41,596 bases of DNA from Microcoleaceae cyanobacterium (GCA_051652765.1 JBOFUV010000029.1:1-41596), one strand, 5' to 3'; counted from the first letter of the stretch, positions 11,462 through 22,482 are shown. The notes: generated by a model not told the origin, from the sequence alone. Made by a program: numbers and translations.

Positions 11462-12688
11462 ATGTTCCTCAACACCCTGCATTTGCAATACTTTCGGAAC
11501 TACACCGATCAGTGGGTGACCTTTGATGCCCCAAAAACAATCCTCCTAGGAGACAACGCCCAGGGGAAAACTAATTTATTAGAAGCGGTGGAATTGCTCT
11601 CAACTCTCAAGAGTCATCGGGTGAGTCGCGATCGCGACCTGATCTTAGAGGAAAAACCTCGAGGACAAATTGGGGCCCGCTTGCACCGGGAGTTAGGCAC
11701 GGTAGAACTTGCAATTACCCTCCGCAGCCAGGGACGACGCACAGTTTCTCTCAATGGTGAGGCATTGAAACGACACATTGATTTTCTCAGTGTGCTGAAT
11801 GTGGTGCAATTCTCAAGTTTGGACTTGGAACTGGTTCGAGGCAGTCCCGAGCATCGCCGAAATTGGCTGGATCGTCTCCTGATTCAGCTTGAACCGTTTT
11901 ATGCTCACATCCTCCAACAATACAACCAGGTTTTGCGCCAACGCAATGCCCTATTAAAACAGGCCAAAGCCTCCCTAAGAGACTTTGGCAAACCGTTGTG
12001 GGGAGATCGGGGGGATAAACTGGAGCCTGTTTTCAATGTTACTGCTCAGAATGCCATTTCTCAGTCAGAACTTGCCCTCTGGGACGCTCAACTGGTTGCA
12101 ACCGGAGCACGGGTGATTCGGCGACGAGATCGGGTTTTAGCACGGTTGGCTCCTTTGGCCCAAGTCTGGCACACCGCCATTAGTGGCAGCAGGGAACGTC
12201 TAGAGGTAACCTATCAGCCCAATGTACAACCGAGTGTACAGTCTGAGTTCGGGGCTGAACCCCTTGCCGCGCTTACTCCAGAACAGGTTCAGCAGGCGTT
12301 TTTAGAGAAAATCAGAACTCGGGCGATCGCCGAGCAGCATCAAGGGATGACCTTAGTTGGCCCCCATCGGGATGATATTGAATTTATGATTAATCAAACG
12401 TCAGCTCGACAGTACGGTTCCTCAGGGCAGCAGCGGACGTTGGTCTTAGCCTTGAAACTCGCAGAATTGCAGTTAATTGAAGAAGTGGTTGGGGAGCCGC
12501 CGTTACTTCTGTTGGATGATGTTTTGGCAGAATTGGATTTGAGCCGTCAAGATCAACTGTTAGAGGCAATTCAAGATCGGTTTCAAACCCTCATCACAAC
12601 GACTCACTTGGGGGCTTTTGATGCTCAGTGGTTAAAACAGACTCAAATCCTGACTGTTAAAGCAGGGGAAATTACAAATTATGCTTGA
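11462..12688 (+). CDS. recF: DNA replication/repair protein RecF
   Basis: [37 protein letters not shown]. Confidence 0.97.
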   Translation: MFLNTLHLQYFRNYTDQWVTFDAPKTILLGDNAQGKTNLLEAVELLSTLKSHRVSRDRDLILEEKPRGQIGARLHRELGTVELAITLRSQGRRTVSLNGEALKRHIDFLSVLNVVQFSSLDLELVRGSPEHRRNWLDRLLIQLEPFYAHILQQYNQVLRQRNALLKQAKASLRDFGKPLWGDRGDKLEPVFNVTAQNAISQSELALWDAQLVATGARVIRRRDRVLARLAPLAQVWHTAISGSRERLEVTYQPNVQPSVQSEFGAEPLAALTPEQVQQAFLEKIRTRAIAEQHQGMTLVGPHRDDIEFMINQTSARQYGSSGQQRTLVLALKLAELQLIEEVVGEPPLLLLDDVLAELDLSRQDQLLEAIQDRFQTLITTTHLGAFDAQWLKQTQILTVKAGEITNYA

Positions 12689-12770
12689 CTAGCACTCGTT
12701 CCCTGTCCAAGGTAAGATGTTTCATAAACTTGACAATTCAGAATTCAGCGCTAGTTTGAATCCAAACCTT

Positions 12771-13169
12771 ATGAAACATTCCCTCTCTCGTCTGTTCGCT
12801 TTGATTCTCGTTTGCGTTATTGGGCTAGTAGGCTGCACTTCTTCCCCTGCAGGTTTGAGTGGGAACTATCCTGAAGACACCCTGGCTGTTGTCACGAGCT
12901 TGCGAACAGCCATTGAGCTACCTGATGATTCAGCCGACAAGCCCTCTGCCCAAGCCGATGCGCGTCTGATGATTAATGAATTTATTGCGCGCTATCGTCG
13001 AGATGATTCAGTCTCCAACCTCCGATCTTTCACCACGATGCGAACCGCTCTAAATGCTCTGGCGGGACACTACAGTTCTTACCCAAATCGCCCTCTGCCT
13101 GAGAAACTCAAGCAACGAGTAGAAGAAGAGTTTGACCAGGTCGAGCTTTCGGTCAAACGCGGCGTTTAA
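12771..13169 (+). CDS. psb27: Photosystem II assembly lipoprotein Psb27
   Basis: Lipobox LVGC; SFTTMRTALNALAGHYSSYPNRPLPEKLK. ATG 12771 preferred. Confidence 0.95.
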   Translation: MKHSLSRLFALILVCVIGLVGCTSSPAGLSGNYPEDTLAVVTSLRTAIELPDDSADKPSAQADARLMINEFIARYRRDDSVSNLRSFTTMRTALNALAGHYSSYPNRPLPEKLKQRVEEEFDQVELSVKRGV

Positions 13170-13205
13170 CCCAAACGTTTCATCGGTAACGTTTCATCAG
13201 CACAG

Positions 13206-13224
13206 TGCGGGCATCTTGCCCGCA
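13206..13224. terminator. GC-rich palindrome between convergent psb27 and GHL10 genes
   Basis: TGCGGGCA-TCT-TGCCCGCA. Confidence 0.5.
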
Positions 13225-13283
13225 AGCCCCGTTAGATTTTCTTCAGTGCACTTTGGACTCCCTACCTCAACCCCAAAGCCTTC

Positions 13284-14528
13284 CTAAATCTGAGGTCGTC
13301 GGGCAGGATAGGGAAATAAAGCCTGGAAGCCAGATTGTCGTTCGGCAGTAGGCTCTGGGGCATAGTCCCAAAGACTTTCGTAGTAGAAAAATACAATTCC
13401 CAAACCTCGACTCCGAGAGGCTTGAACCTGTGACCGAATTTGTTGCATCGGTGCTGGATTGTTGCGTAACCCTGCCATGATTCCAATCGCAGTTGGAATT
13501 TTTTTCTGAGCTTCCTGAATCTCTGGACGGATCAGTTTATCGGTGAAACTTTGTAGATTAGATCGATAAAGCTGAACAACGAGTTCGTCAACAATCCCCC
13601 GCCGCATCCACGTCAGCCAATCTTGCAATTGTAGCTTGTAGGCGAACTCATAATAATTGGGCGCAACCGAGAAAATCACCTTTGGTTTTTTGGCCTTCAC
13701 TGCCTTGTGGAGCTTGACCATAAAATCAGTAATTTTATCTGCTCGCCAGCGCACCCAATCTGGATCTTCCGCATCGACGGGGGGAGCGTTAGAGGTTTCC
13801 TTCTGGTACAAACTAACCGTGTAGCGGTCATAGCCAAACTCGTTCGGCAAGCTCATGTGATCGTCAAACTGAATCCCATCAGCATCATACCGAGTTACAA
13901 TTTCTACCACTAAATCCGTAATGAATTTCTGCACCTCTGGATGGAACGGATTTAACCAGGCGACTTCCCCAGCAGCACTGATTGAGTTCAAGCTACCATC
14001 ACGCTTTTGGGTCAGCCACGCCGAATGTTGGAGCGCCAACTCAGAAGTTGGGGGAACCATAAACCCAAACTCGAACCAAGGAATCACGAGCAACCCCCGT
14101 CGATGAGCTTGGGCAATCATATCCGCCAAAATATCCTGCCCTTGAAATCCTCGGTAGGTAAAGTGCTGAATTCCAGCATTTTGGGCGATCGCACTGGGAT
14201 AGAGGGCATAGCCAGCATTCCAGACCACTGGATAAATCGTATTAAAATTCACCTCAGCCAATTTGCCAATGACAGTCTGCAACTTAGCCTGATCCCGGAA
14301 AATATGACTGTCGTTGGTCGTCATCCAAACTCCCCGAATTTCAGAACGCGGGAGTTGGGCAATGGCTGGAGTAAAGCTGTACCCTAGACTGACAATCATC
14401 AACGACACCAAACAGAGTACAGATAAAACACTCCATCGTCTGTATTTCTGTCTCATCGGTTTCCTAAAACAAGCCCTAAACCCAAAATTAGCCATATCCG
14501 TGAACAAATCCACTTCAAATCTTCTCAT
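13284..14528 (-). CDS. Glycoside hydrolase-like 10 (GHL10/DUF187) family protein with signal peptide
   Basis: EIRGVW, NTIYPVVWNAG, PWFEFG, WLNPFHPEVQ, DGIQFDDH. True start may be ATG 14456. Confidence 0.85.
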   Translation of the reverse strand: MRRFEVDLFTDMANFGFRACFRKPMRQKYRRWSVLSVLCLVSLMIVSLGYSFTPAIAQLPRSEIRGVWMTTNDSHIFRDQAKLQTVIGKLAEVNFNTIYPVVWNAGYALYPSAIAQNAGIQHFTYRGFQGQDILADMIAQAHRRGLLVIPWFEFGFMVPPTSELALQHSAWLTQKRDGSLNSISAAGEVAWLNPFHPEVQKFITDLVVEIVTRYDADGIQFDDHMSLPNEFGYDRYTVSLYQKETSNAPPVDAEDPDWVRWRADKITDFMVKLHKAVKAKKPKVIFSVAPNYYEFAYKLQLQDWLTWMRRGIVDELVVQLYRSNLQSFTDKLIRPEIQEAQKKIPTAIGIMAGLRNNPAPMQQIRSQVQASRSRGLGIVFFYYESLWDYAPEPTAERQSGFQALFPYPARRPQI

Positions 14529-14538
14529 TGATCACTTG

Positions 14539-14589
14539 AAAATTCCCTAAAAATTCCCTAAAAATTCACTGAGAATTTTTAGGGAATTT
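14539..14589. repeat. 11-bp tandem repeat plus an inverted copy (hairpin-capable)
   Basis: AAAATTCCCTA repeats followed by TTTTTAGGGAATTT. Confidence 0.7.
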
Positions 14590-14592
14590 GCA

Positions 14593-15828
14593 CTAAACCT
14601 TGTCCCGAGGAGGAATCAGAATGCCCCATTGACGTAGACCCGCTTCTAGTTTTCTCAGCAACTGAAAGTCTTCTTTTGGTAGAGGATAATCATGATTTCC
14701 GCAGGGATCAGAACCATCCGGAGATCTTTGCTCCAGAACTGTAAAAGCCTGTCGAACTTCCTGAGACTCCGCAGGAATTGGGGCAGCAAAATGGCAAGGC
14801 ACAACGCAATCAAACTTCCAGCTCGATATTTTATCAGACCACTGCACTGTTTCTTGCAAAGCACGGTTCAGAATCAAGGTTCGGAGGACAGGGGCAACTT
14901 GTAGATGACTCTCCCCTCTCAAGGTCTCAAAAGATTTTTGCCAATTGGGTCTCCATTCAAAGGGAAAAAGACCACAATAGTTTTTCAATGATCGATCCGG
15001 TGCTTTCTGGGTATCCCGCAGGACTTGAATCCAATTGATCGTTTCTACTAACGCGCCGGGTTGAAAATAGGTAGCAAATAGACAAATCCGTTGCCAGCCT
15101 TTGACCCGATTTTCAGGAGTGTCCACAATCGGGTCAGAGGCCCGGTCACGGGCATGAAATAGCAAGGGATAAAGATCTAACTGCACAATGGCAGGAGGTT
15201 CTGGGGGAATAGAAATCAGGGTATCGGTCAGCAACAACGTGCGCGATCGCCGATCGAGAAAAGCAACTTCTGAAAACCGCCCTAGCCCTAGTTCAATCGG
15301 CCCCAAAATCTGATAGTTAAACTGGCTAGCAAAGGGAGTCTGGCGGCTATCTGTTGGCAGAACTTGGGTACGGTTTGGCGGAAAGCCCAGCCAACTCAGG
15401 GGAAGATTGGCCGGAAAACTCCATTGCTGAGGTGCAACAAACACTTGAGCTGTAGGGAAAAATCGGGCAAAGGGGCCAACAAACACCTTATGTTCTAAAC
15501 CTGAACTCGTAGGCAAAATGATGAATTGAATCTCCCCATGTTGATCCACTAGCTCGTTGACCAAGCGGATACATTCTGGGGTTGGCGCAACAGGAGCATA
15601 GACCAGAAGTCCCCCGGTCTCTAGCTTCACAACGGTCATGCGAATCGGCACGACAACATAAAAAATGCCCTGAAGCTGATCAAATGTCCAAACTGCATCT
15701 GGAACAACTTCCTGCCGCAATGTCCGCCGTCTACCCCGAGGGTAAAGCGGCAAGATCGGCCAAAATGGCCATGAAAACTCTCTCGGATCTGTGTGCTGTT
15801 GCTGAATATGCTGTAAACTCGGTGTCAC
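14593..15828 (-). CDS. DUF4336 family protein (metallo-beta-lactamase-like fold)
   Basis: WPFWP..PLYP, IRMTVVKL, PTSSGLEHK, PCHF motifs. Confidence 0.8.
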   Translation of the reverse strand: MTPSLQHIQQQHTDPREFSWPFWPILPLYPRGRRRTLRQEVVPDAVWTFDQLQGIFYVVVPIRMTVVKLETGGLLVYAPVAPTPECIRLVNELVDQHGEIQFIILPTSSGLEHKVFVGPFARFFPTAQVFVAPQQWSFPANLPLSWLGFPPNRTQVLPTDSRQTPFASQFNYQILGPIELGLGRFSEVAFLDRRSRTLLLTDTLISIPPEPPAIVQLDLYPLLFHARDRASDPIVDTPENRVKGWQRICLFATYFQPGALVETINWIQVLRDTQKAPDRSLKNYCGLFPFEWRPNWQKSFETLRGESHLQVAPVLRTLILNRALQETVQWSDKISSWKFDCVVPCHFAAPIPAESQEVRQAFTVLEQRSPDGSDPCGNHDYPLPKEDFQLLRKLEAGLRQWGILIPPRDKV

Positions 15829-16048
15829 TCTAACTCCCCTGCCTCCAGTCTCTTCTGCTCAAGATCAAGATTATCTCCCCTTCCCTGTCTAAGATCTTAA
15901 GATTTCCTTCATATTCTATAATTTTTAGAGACTAGGGAGATGGAATCCCGCTTGTCACCCTCGTTGCAGAAAGTCACTGAAAGTCTTGTCAAACCAGCGA
16001 TCGCCAATGGCATTCAAGATCTACAAGGGTTTTGTTTGAGGCACTGTT

Positions 16049-16109
16049 ATCTCAACAAAAGTTCATCTCAACAAAAATTCAGTGAAATGTTGACCGTGAA
16101 ATGTTGACA
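16049..16109. repeat. Two adjacent microduplications (16 bp x2 and 14 bp x2)
   Basis: ATCTCAACAAAA(G/A)TTC x2; GTGAAATGTTGAC(C/A) x2. Confidence 0.8.
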
Positions 16110-16132
16110 TCGTCATTTTTTTTGACTACACT
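16104..16132 (+). promoter_or_regulatory. Sigma70 promoter of tRNA-Glu
   Basis: TTGACA-N17-TACACT, about 20 bp upstream of the tRNA. Confidence 0.75.
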
Positions 16133-16153
16133 TGTAAAAGTGGAAACAAATGT

Positions 16154-16226
16154 GCCCCCATCGTCTAGAGGCCTAGGACACCTCCCTTTCACGGAGGCGA
16201 CAGGGATTCGAATTCCCTTGGGGGTA
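16154..16226 (+). tRNA. trnE: tRNA-Glu (TTC)
   Basis: GCCCCCATCGTCTAGAGGCCTAGGACACCTCCC-TTTCAC-GGAGGCGACAGGGATTCGAATTCCCTTGGGGGTA cloverleaf; CCA not encoded. Confidence 0.97.
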
Positions 16227-16361
16227 TAACTTTTTAAGCTTGCCTAGCTCTTGAGAATAATTGTTATAGGTCGGTTTAGTTAGGCAGTCTAGTAGTGCTT
16301 AGCCAAGGCGTTAGTGAATACAAAATTTTTAACTTTAGAGATTAGTTGACTGTCCTTAGTT

Positions 16362-17438
16362 TCAAGTTTTGGGCAACTCTGAACTTTCGAGTAATTTTGA
16401 TGCGATTTCAGCCGCTACAGGTTTTGAAAATAGGTAACCTTGACAATATTTACATCCGAGCTGTTGCAACTTAGTGAGAGCTTCGACAGTTTCTACCCCT
16501 TCGGCGATTACTTCAACTGCCAAGCTTTTTGCTAGTAACATAATCACTTCAACGATTGTCCATTTTTGATTTCTCACAAAGGAGTTGTCAATTTTTAACA
16601 CATCAATCGGCCAATCCTGTAAACGAGCTAGGGAAGAATACCCTGTCCCAAAGTCATCGATGTAAAGCTGAAGGCCCAAGGCTTTCAGGAGTTGAAGTAC
16701 TGTAATCGCAATTTCAGAGTTTTCCAGAAAAGCACTTTCCGTAATTTCTAGTCTGATGCTCGGAATTGCAACACCTGTTTCCTGCAAGATTTGTTGAACT
16801 TGTTCAACTAACCTGGGTTCAGAGAGTTGTAAGGTCGAGAGATTAATACTGACTGTCAATTCAGGATTAGAAAATTGTTCTTGCCAAAGCTTGAGTTGAT
16901 GACTTGCTTCTCTTAATACCCATAAGCCAATGGCATGAACCAATCCGACTTCTTCCGCAACAGGGATAAATTCAGAGGGAGCAACCCAGCCTCGATTGGG
17001 ATGTCGCCACCGAATTAAAGCTTCAAATCCAAGAATCTGACGAGTTTCAATCAGGACAATGGGTTGATAATATAACTGAAACTCTTGGCGTTTCAAGGCC
17101 AAATTGAGTTCGGCTTCCATGCGAAACCGAGCGATAGAGACTTCAGAAATTAATTCACTTGGAGAACGCGGTTGATTTTCAATCGCGTAAGTTAACCGGA
17201 TTAAGCGGCAGGTATTACTGAGAGCAATCTCTAGTAAGCGTTTACCTTTATCAGATGCAACCTCAAATTGCCCAGACTGCAAGATTTTTAGTGCTCCATG
17301 AATCGAGGTGAGAGAGGTCCGAAGTTCATGGCTGAGAAACTGATTTAATTCTTCTGATGAATTTGGCAGTAGGTCAGACTCAGGAGAATTTAACGGCAAA
17401 TCAGACTCTTGAAACGTCATCCTAGAGGTTTTACCCAT
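16362..17438 (-). CDS. EAL c-di-GMP phosphodiesterase with N-terminal HisKA (DHp) domain
   Basis: LSHELRTSLTSI H-box, then YYQPIV, GFEALIRW, DDFGTGYSSL, AEGVET, QGYLFSKP. Confidence 0.87.
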   Translation of the reverse strand: MGKTSRMTFQESDLPLNSPESDLLPNSSEELNQFLSHELRTSLTSIHGALKILQSGQFEVASDKGKRLLEIALSNTCRLIRLTYAIENQPRSPSELISEVSIARFRMEAELNLALKRQEFQLYYQPIVLIETRQILGFEALIRWRHPNRGWVAPSEFIPVAEEVGLVHAIGLWVLREASHQLKLWQEQFSNPELTVSINLSTLQLSEPRLVEQVQQILQETGVAIPSIRLEITESAFLENSEIAITVLQLLKALGLQLYIDDFGTGYSSLARLQDWPIDVLKIDNSFVRNQKWTIVEVIMLLAKSLAVEVIAEGVETVEALTKLQQLGCKYCQGYLFSKPVAAEIASKLLESSELPKT

Positions 17439-17578
17439 TACTCAACTCTTAGTCTACAGTGAGATGATGGAAAGTATGAGATGATTTCCCTAGGGTATGA
17501 AGCTTCGGTGAGATTCTAGACTCAAACTCAGTTGTTTTTTGTCCTGTTGAGGATTAGGTATCTTACAAGAAACGTTGT

Positions 17579-19024
17579 ATGTCTGACTTGATCTTGTTTT
17601 GGCATCGTCGGGATTTGCGCGTTTCAGACAACGTAGGTTTAGCTGCTGCCTGCGAACGAAGTTCAAAAGTGGTCGGGATATTCTGTCTCGATCCTCATAT
17701 TTTAAAATCCGATGATGTGTCCCCAGCCCGGGTAACCTACATGATAGGATGCTTGGCCCATCTGCAAGATCAGTACAGAGTCTTGGGCAGTCAGATGTTA
17801 ATTGTGCAAGATGCTCCTCAAACAACCTTGCCAAAGCTAGCAACGGCCTTGAATGCAACAGCAGTTTACTGGAATTTAGACGTTGAACCCTATGCTCAGG
17901 AACGCGATCGCACCGTTTCTCAGGCGCTTAAAACTACTGGAATTTCTGTAGAAATGTTTTGGGATCAGCTCTTGCATCCCCCCGGAAAAGTTCTGACCCA
18001 GTCTGGAGAACCCTACAGAGTTTACACTCCTTTCTGGAGAAATTGGAGCAATCAAACCAAGGCTGACCCCGCAGAACCCTATACCGGAAAGCTAACAGGC
18101 TTGACCGAAATCGAACAAGAGATCGCCAATAGTCATGGAGCCATTGCTCTGCCCACTGCCCAGAATTTAGGGTTCAATTGGAAAAATGACCTATTTTTAG
18201 AGCCAGGGGAAGCCGTTGCTCAGCAAAAATTAGCCGCGTTTTGCCGGGATGCCCTCGAGGAATACGATGAACAGCGCAATTTCCCCAATGTCAGCGGGAC
18301 TTCTCAACTCAGTGCAGCCTTCAAATTTGGAGTCATCAGCATTCGCACTGTCTGGGCAAAAACAGTCGCCGCCCTCCAGCAAAGTCGCAGCGATGAAGCA
18401 CGCAAGAATATCAACACCTGGCAACAAGAACTGGCATGGAGAGAATTTTATCAACAGGCTCTGTATTACTTTCCAGAGTTAGCCCAGGGAGCTTATCGGG
18501 AACCCTTTAAGACGTTTCCCTGGGAAAACAACGAGCAACATTTTCAAGCCTGGTGCGAGGGTCGAACGGGCTATCCCATCGTGGATGCAGCCATGCGCCA
18601 GTTGAACGAAACCGGATGGATGCATAATCGTTGTCGCATGATCGTAGCGAGTTTTTTGACCAAGGATCTCGTGATCAATTGGCAATGGGGAGAAAAATAT
18701 TTCATGCAAACCCTGATTGATGGCGATTTATCTGCTAATAACGGAGGCTGGCAATGGAGCGCCTCCAGCGGCATGGACCCTAAACCCCTGAGAATTTTTA
18801 ACCCGGCGAGTCAAGCTCAGAAGTTTGATCCAGACGCTCAGTATATTCGGCAGTGGTTGCCAGAACTCAGGCGCTTGGAAACCAAGGAACTCGTGACGGG
18901 AATCATTGCCCCTGAAGATTGCAGAGCCTGCCACTATCCCAAACCCATCGTGGATCATAAAGTGCAGCAAAATCACTTTAAATCGCTTTATAAAGCAAAT
19001 TCTCGCCTTGATACCAAAAGTTAG
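17579..19024 (+). CDS. phrA: Class I CPD DNA photolyase
   Basis: [58 protein letters not shown]. Confidence 0.93.
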   Translation: MSDLILFWHRRDLRVSDNVGLAAACERSSKVVGIFCLDPHILKSDDVSPARVTYMIGCLAHLQDQYRVLGSQMLIVQDAPQTTLPKLATALNATAVYWNLDVEPYAQERDRTVSQALKTTGISVEMFWDQLLHPPGKVLTQSGEPYRVYTPFWRNWSNQTKADPAEPYTGKLTGLTEIEQEIANSHGAIALPTAQNLGFNWKNDLFLEPGEAVAQQKLAAFCRDALEEYDEQRNFPNVSGTSQLSAAFKFGVISIRTVWAKTVAALQQSRSDEARKNINTWQQELAWREFYQQALYYFPELAQGAYREPFKTFPWENNEQHFQAWCEGRTGYPIVDAAMRQLNETGWMHNRCRMIVASFLTKDLVINWQWGEKYFMQTLIDGDLSANNGGWQWSASSGMDPKPLRIFNPASQAQKFDPDAQYIRQWLPELRRLETKELVTGIIAPEDCRACHYPKPIVDHKVQQNHFKSLYKANSRLDTKS

Positions 19025-19201
19025 TGGTCGGTGATTAACGTGGGTTTTATCAGTAATGTTGAGCTGGCAAGACTCAACAGGGAATCCTCTGTCCATTGAG
19101 CCAAATCACAGTAAATCGTTGTAGAGTGAACAATGCCTGCTCTGCCCACTCTGCTGGGTGAGAAAGTGTCTTAAACCCTACTATGTTGAGGATTGGCTCA
19201 A

Positions 19202-20683
19202 ATGGCATATGTCAACGGCACCATGATGCAATATTTCCACTGGTATATCACCCCAGAACAAAACCTATGGAATGAGGTCACACGCAATGCAAAAGCCCTG
19301 GCTGATGCAGGGTTTACTGGACTATGGTTGCCTCCAGCCTACAAGGGCATGGGCGGCATTAACGACGTGGGCTATGCCGTCTACGACATGTATGACCTAG
19401 GGGAATTTGAACAAAAAGGAACCATCCGCACAAAATATGGCACGCGGGCAGACTATCTCAAGGCTATTCATACTCTGCATTCTCATGGGATTCAAATCTA
19501 CGCTGATACCGTGCTGAACCATCGCATGGGTGGAGATGAAACCGAGATTGTCAAGGCCACTCCATTTTCTCAAAATGACCGGATTCGTCCCAAGGGAGCG
19601 ATGCGGGACATTAAAGCCTATACCCACTTCAAATTTCCCGGTCGCCAAGGTCAGCATTCCAAATTTGAGTGGCATTGGTGGCACTTTGATGCGGTGGATT
19701 ATGACGCTTACACTCAGGAATCAGGCATGGTTTACCTTTTAGAGGGCAAAACCTTTGATGATTTTGTCGCCCTGGAAAAAGGCAACTTTTCCTATCTGAT
19801 GGGCTGTGACCTGGATTTTCAAAGCCCTGAAGTTCAGGCAGAAACCATTCGTTGGGTGAAGTGGTACCTAGACACAACTGGGGTTGACGGCTTCCGTCTG
19901 GACGCAATTAAACATATCTCTGCTTGGTTCTTTCCGCTGTGGCTGGATGCGGCAGAACAATATTTGGGCAAAGATTTATTTGTTGTTGGAGAGTATTGGG
20001 CACCTGATATTAATATCTTGCACTGGTACTTGAATGCTGTCGGCGATCGCATGTCTGTATTTGACGTTCCCTTGCATCACAATTTCCACTACGCGAGTCG
20101 GGCGCGGGGAAACTACGATATGCGGTTTATCTTGAACGGGACATTGATGCAGCAGCGTCCTTGGCAGGCAGTGACCTTTGTTGAAAACCACGATTCTCAG
20201 CCCTTGCAAGCCTTGGAAGCCCCGGTAGAACCCTGGTTCAAACCCTTGGCCTATGCCATTATCCTCCTCCGGGCCGAAGGGTATCCCTGTGTGTTTTATC
20301 CTGATTATTATGGGGCGGACTATACAGATTATGGCCGGGATAGCAACCGTTATTCGATCCATCTACCCTCTCATCGCTGGATCATTGACAAGTTCCTCTA
20401 TGCCCGCAGAAATTATGCCTATGGTCTCCAGTATGATTACTTCGATCATTTCAACACCATTGGCTGGACTCGCTTAGGGGATGCCGACCATCCTCAGGCC
20501 ATGGCTGTAATTTTGAGTGATGGCCCAGCAGGGTTTAAATGGATGGAGGTCAACAGACCCAACACCAAATTTATTGACCTGACAGAGCACATTCAGGAGC
20601 CGGTTTATACCAATCAATGGGGATGGGGGAACTTCCGATGCAGTGGAGGTTCTGTCTCTGTCTGGATTCAGGCTCAGGATTGA
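19202..20683 (+). CDS. amyA: Cytoplasmic alpha-amylase (GH13)
   Basis: NGTMMQYFHWY, DGFRLDAIKH, VGEYW, FVENHD. ATG 19202 preferred over TTG 19193. Confidence 0.92.
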   Translation: MAYVNGTMMQYFHWYITPEQNLWNEVTRNAKALADAGFTGLWLPPAYKGMGGINDVGYAVYDMYDLGEFEQKGTIRTKYGTRADYLKAIHTLHSHGIQIYADTVLNHRMGGDETEIVKATPFSQNDRIRPKGAMRDIKAYTHFKFPGRQGQHSKFEWHWWHFDAVDYDAYTQESGMVYLLEGKTFDDFVALEKGNFSYLMGCDLDFQSPEVQAETIRWVKWYLDTTGVDGFRLDAIKHISAWFFPLWLDAAEQYLGKDLFVVGEYWAPDINILHWYLNAVGDRMSVFDVPLHHNFHYASRARGNYDMRFILNGTLMQQRPWQAVTFVENHDSQPLQALEAPVEPWFKPLAYAIILLRAEGYPCVFYPDYYGADYTDYGRDSNRYSIHLPSHRWIIDKFLYARRNYAYGLQYDYFDHFNTIGWTRLGDADHPQAMAVILSDGPAGFKWMEVNRPNTKFIDLTEHIQEPVYTNQWGWGNFRCSGGSVSVWIQAQD

Positions 20684-21489
20684 GGGTCTAAAACGCGATT
20701 GAGCTTGCCGCTCTGATACCCTTCCAGGTCGAGGGCAACGTACAGAAAGCCAAATTCTTGGAAGATTTTCACCAACTGGGGTAAATCAGTTGCTTCCACA
20801 AAGGGCTTGATCTGCGCTGGGGGCAACTCAATTCGGGCTGTTTCTCCCTGTGACCTGACCCGTAAGTTCTGCCACCCCAATGTTCGCAGATAGACTTCAG
20901 CGCGACCCACCCGCTGCAATTTCTGTACCGTAATTTCTTCTCCATAGGGAAACCGAGAGCTGAGGCAGGGCTGAGACGGCTTGTCCCACCAGGGCAACCC
21001 CAAAAACTTGGACAGCTCTCGTACCTCTGCTTTGGTCACTCCAATCTCGGCTAGAGGCGATCGCACACCCCGCTCCTGAGCGGCTTGAATGCCGGGACGA
21101 TAATCCTGTAAATCATCGGCATTCACCCCATCAATCACATAAGGATAATTCCGTTCCAAAGCCAAAGGCTTGAGGGTATCATGCAATTCACTCTTGCAAA
21201 AATAGCAGCGATTCACAGGATTTGAAGTGTAGTTGGGATTAGCCATTTCTTGGGTTTGAACTGTTTCATGGGCAATGCCAATTGCACTCGCTTGTATCTG
21301 AGCCTCGACCAAATCTTCGGGCAGCAAAGACGGAGAAACGGCAGTAATTGCTAAAGCCTGATCCTGCAGTACATCGTAAGCAATTTTGGCCACTAATGTA
21401 CTATCAATCCCACCGGAATAAGCAATTAGAGCCCGATCCATTTCGCTAAATAGTGTTTTTAATTGTTCGAGTTTCTGTTGGATTATCAT
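20674..21489 (-). CDS. larE: ATP-dependent sulfur transferase, LarE family
   Basis: PP-loop AYSGGIDS, RCYFCK, DYRPG, PCLSSRFPYG. Confidence 0.88.
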   Translation of the reverse strand: MIIQQKLEQLKTLFSEMDRALIAYSGGIDSTLVAKIAYDVLQDQALAITAVSPSLLPEDLVEAQIQASAIGIAHETVQTQEMANPNYTSNPVNRCYFCKSELHDTLKPLALERNYPYVIDGVNADDLQDYRPGIQAAQERGVRSPLAEIGVTKAEVRELSKFLGLPWWDKPSQPCLSSRFPYGEEITVQKLQRVGRAEVYLRTLGWQNLRVRSQGETARIELPPAQIKPFVEATDLPQLVKIFQEFGFLYVALDLEGYQSGKLNRVLDPQS

Positions 21490-21502
21490 GTTTCTATCGC
21501 TT

Positions 21503-21532
21503 TTAGAACTTATTAGAACTTATTAGAACTTA
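21503..21532. repeat. 10-bp tandem repeat x3
   Basis: TTAGAACTTA x3. Confidence 0.9.
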
Positions 21533-21545
21533 AAATGTTCAGAAC

Positions 21546-22319
21546 CTAAAATTCTCGCTGGGAAAAAATAGCGATCGCTAGGCATAACACCATAATTGTA
21601 TAGAGAATTCCATAGCCAGCGTTGGTTAGTAGGAGTGAAGGGCTGGGGAGCTGATCATAAACAGCATCATTTTTTAGATCCAATCGGGCTAAATCTGGAA
21701 TAACTAAGTAGAAGGCTCGCGTCAATTGTTCAAGTCCAGGAGTTTGACTCAGCTTGCCGATATTGAATAGATCTCGGCTGAGACTCCCCATCAAATAAAC
21801 TCCAAAGGTCAGTAGTGTTGCCAATAGAGAACTCGTAAATACGCCAAATAAAATCCCCACTGCGGCAATCAAACACAGCTTTAGCCAGAGAAAACCATTA
21901 GAGATGATCAGACTAATTGCCGGATAGGAGACTTGATTCCAACTCAGAATCAGCAAACTCGCTCCGGTCATGACTGCAATCAGAATCGCCAACACACCAC
22001 AGAGCCCCAGATGCTTGCCAATAATCAGCTCAGAATAACGAATCGGCTTGGCCAGCAAAACGTACACTGTCCGACGTTCAATTTCTTGATTGACCAAAGC
22101 TGTACTAATGGCAATAGCAATCACTAAACCAAAAACATTAATAGCGGCCAATGAAACATCAATCGAAATCTTGTCCTCCAACGTTGCTGATACTTCTGGA
22201 AGTAACCGAGTGACGACAGCAAGCAATCCGACAAAAAGAATCAGTAGGTAAAAAATGCGATCGCGGATTACGTCCCAAAATACTTGCGTTGCAACGGTGA
22301 AAATTCTCCTTGGATTCAT
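21546..22319 (-). CDS. ABC-2 type transporter permease
   Basis: Multiple TM helices; EIERRTVYVLLAKPI...IIGKHLG; ends with F.QREF. Confidence 0.85.
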   Translation of the reverse strand: MNPRRIFTVATQVFWDVIRDRIFYLLILFVGLLAVVTRLLPEVSATLEDKISIDVSLAAINVFGLVIAIAISTALVNQEIERRTVYVLLAKPIRYSELIIGKHLGLCGVLAILIAVMTGASLLILSWNQVSYPAISLIISNGFLWLKLCLIAAVGILFGVFTSSLLATLLTFGVYLMGSLSRDLFNIGKLSQTPGLEQLTRAFYLVIPDLARLDLKNDAVYDQLPSPSLLLTNAGYGILYTIMVLCLAIAIFSQREF

Positions 22320-22351
22320 GGGTTCAAGTAGATTCTAGGGAACTTGGACTC

Positions 22352-22462
22352 CTATCGAAATCCAAATAATTTGTGAGAGAGTGAAGGGGCAATGCCCCTT
22401 TTTGCAGACACAGTCCCCAAACCCCTCTCTAATTTTTTCATAACGGATTGAGGTTCGGGTAT
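22352..22462. mobile_element. Degenerate MITE-like element, copy 2
   Basis: CAAATAATTTGTG...GAAGGGGCAATGCCCCTT...GTCCCCAAACCCCTCTCTAA, colinear with 1569-1682. Confidence 0.6.
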
Positions 22463-22482
22463 GTTGACCCTACCGAGCAACT

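Noticed and set aside
16154..16361. Integrative element at tRNA-Glu or tRNA-fMet
   Set aside because: No integrase and no duplicated tRNA 3' end was noticed in the window.
20674..21489. Nickel-pincer cofactor (lar) cluster
   Set aside because: Only larE is present; dispersed lar homologues are ordinary in cyanobacteria.
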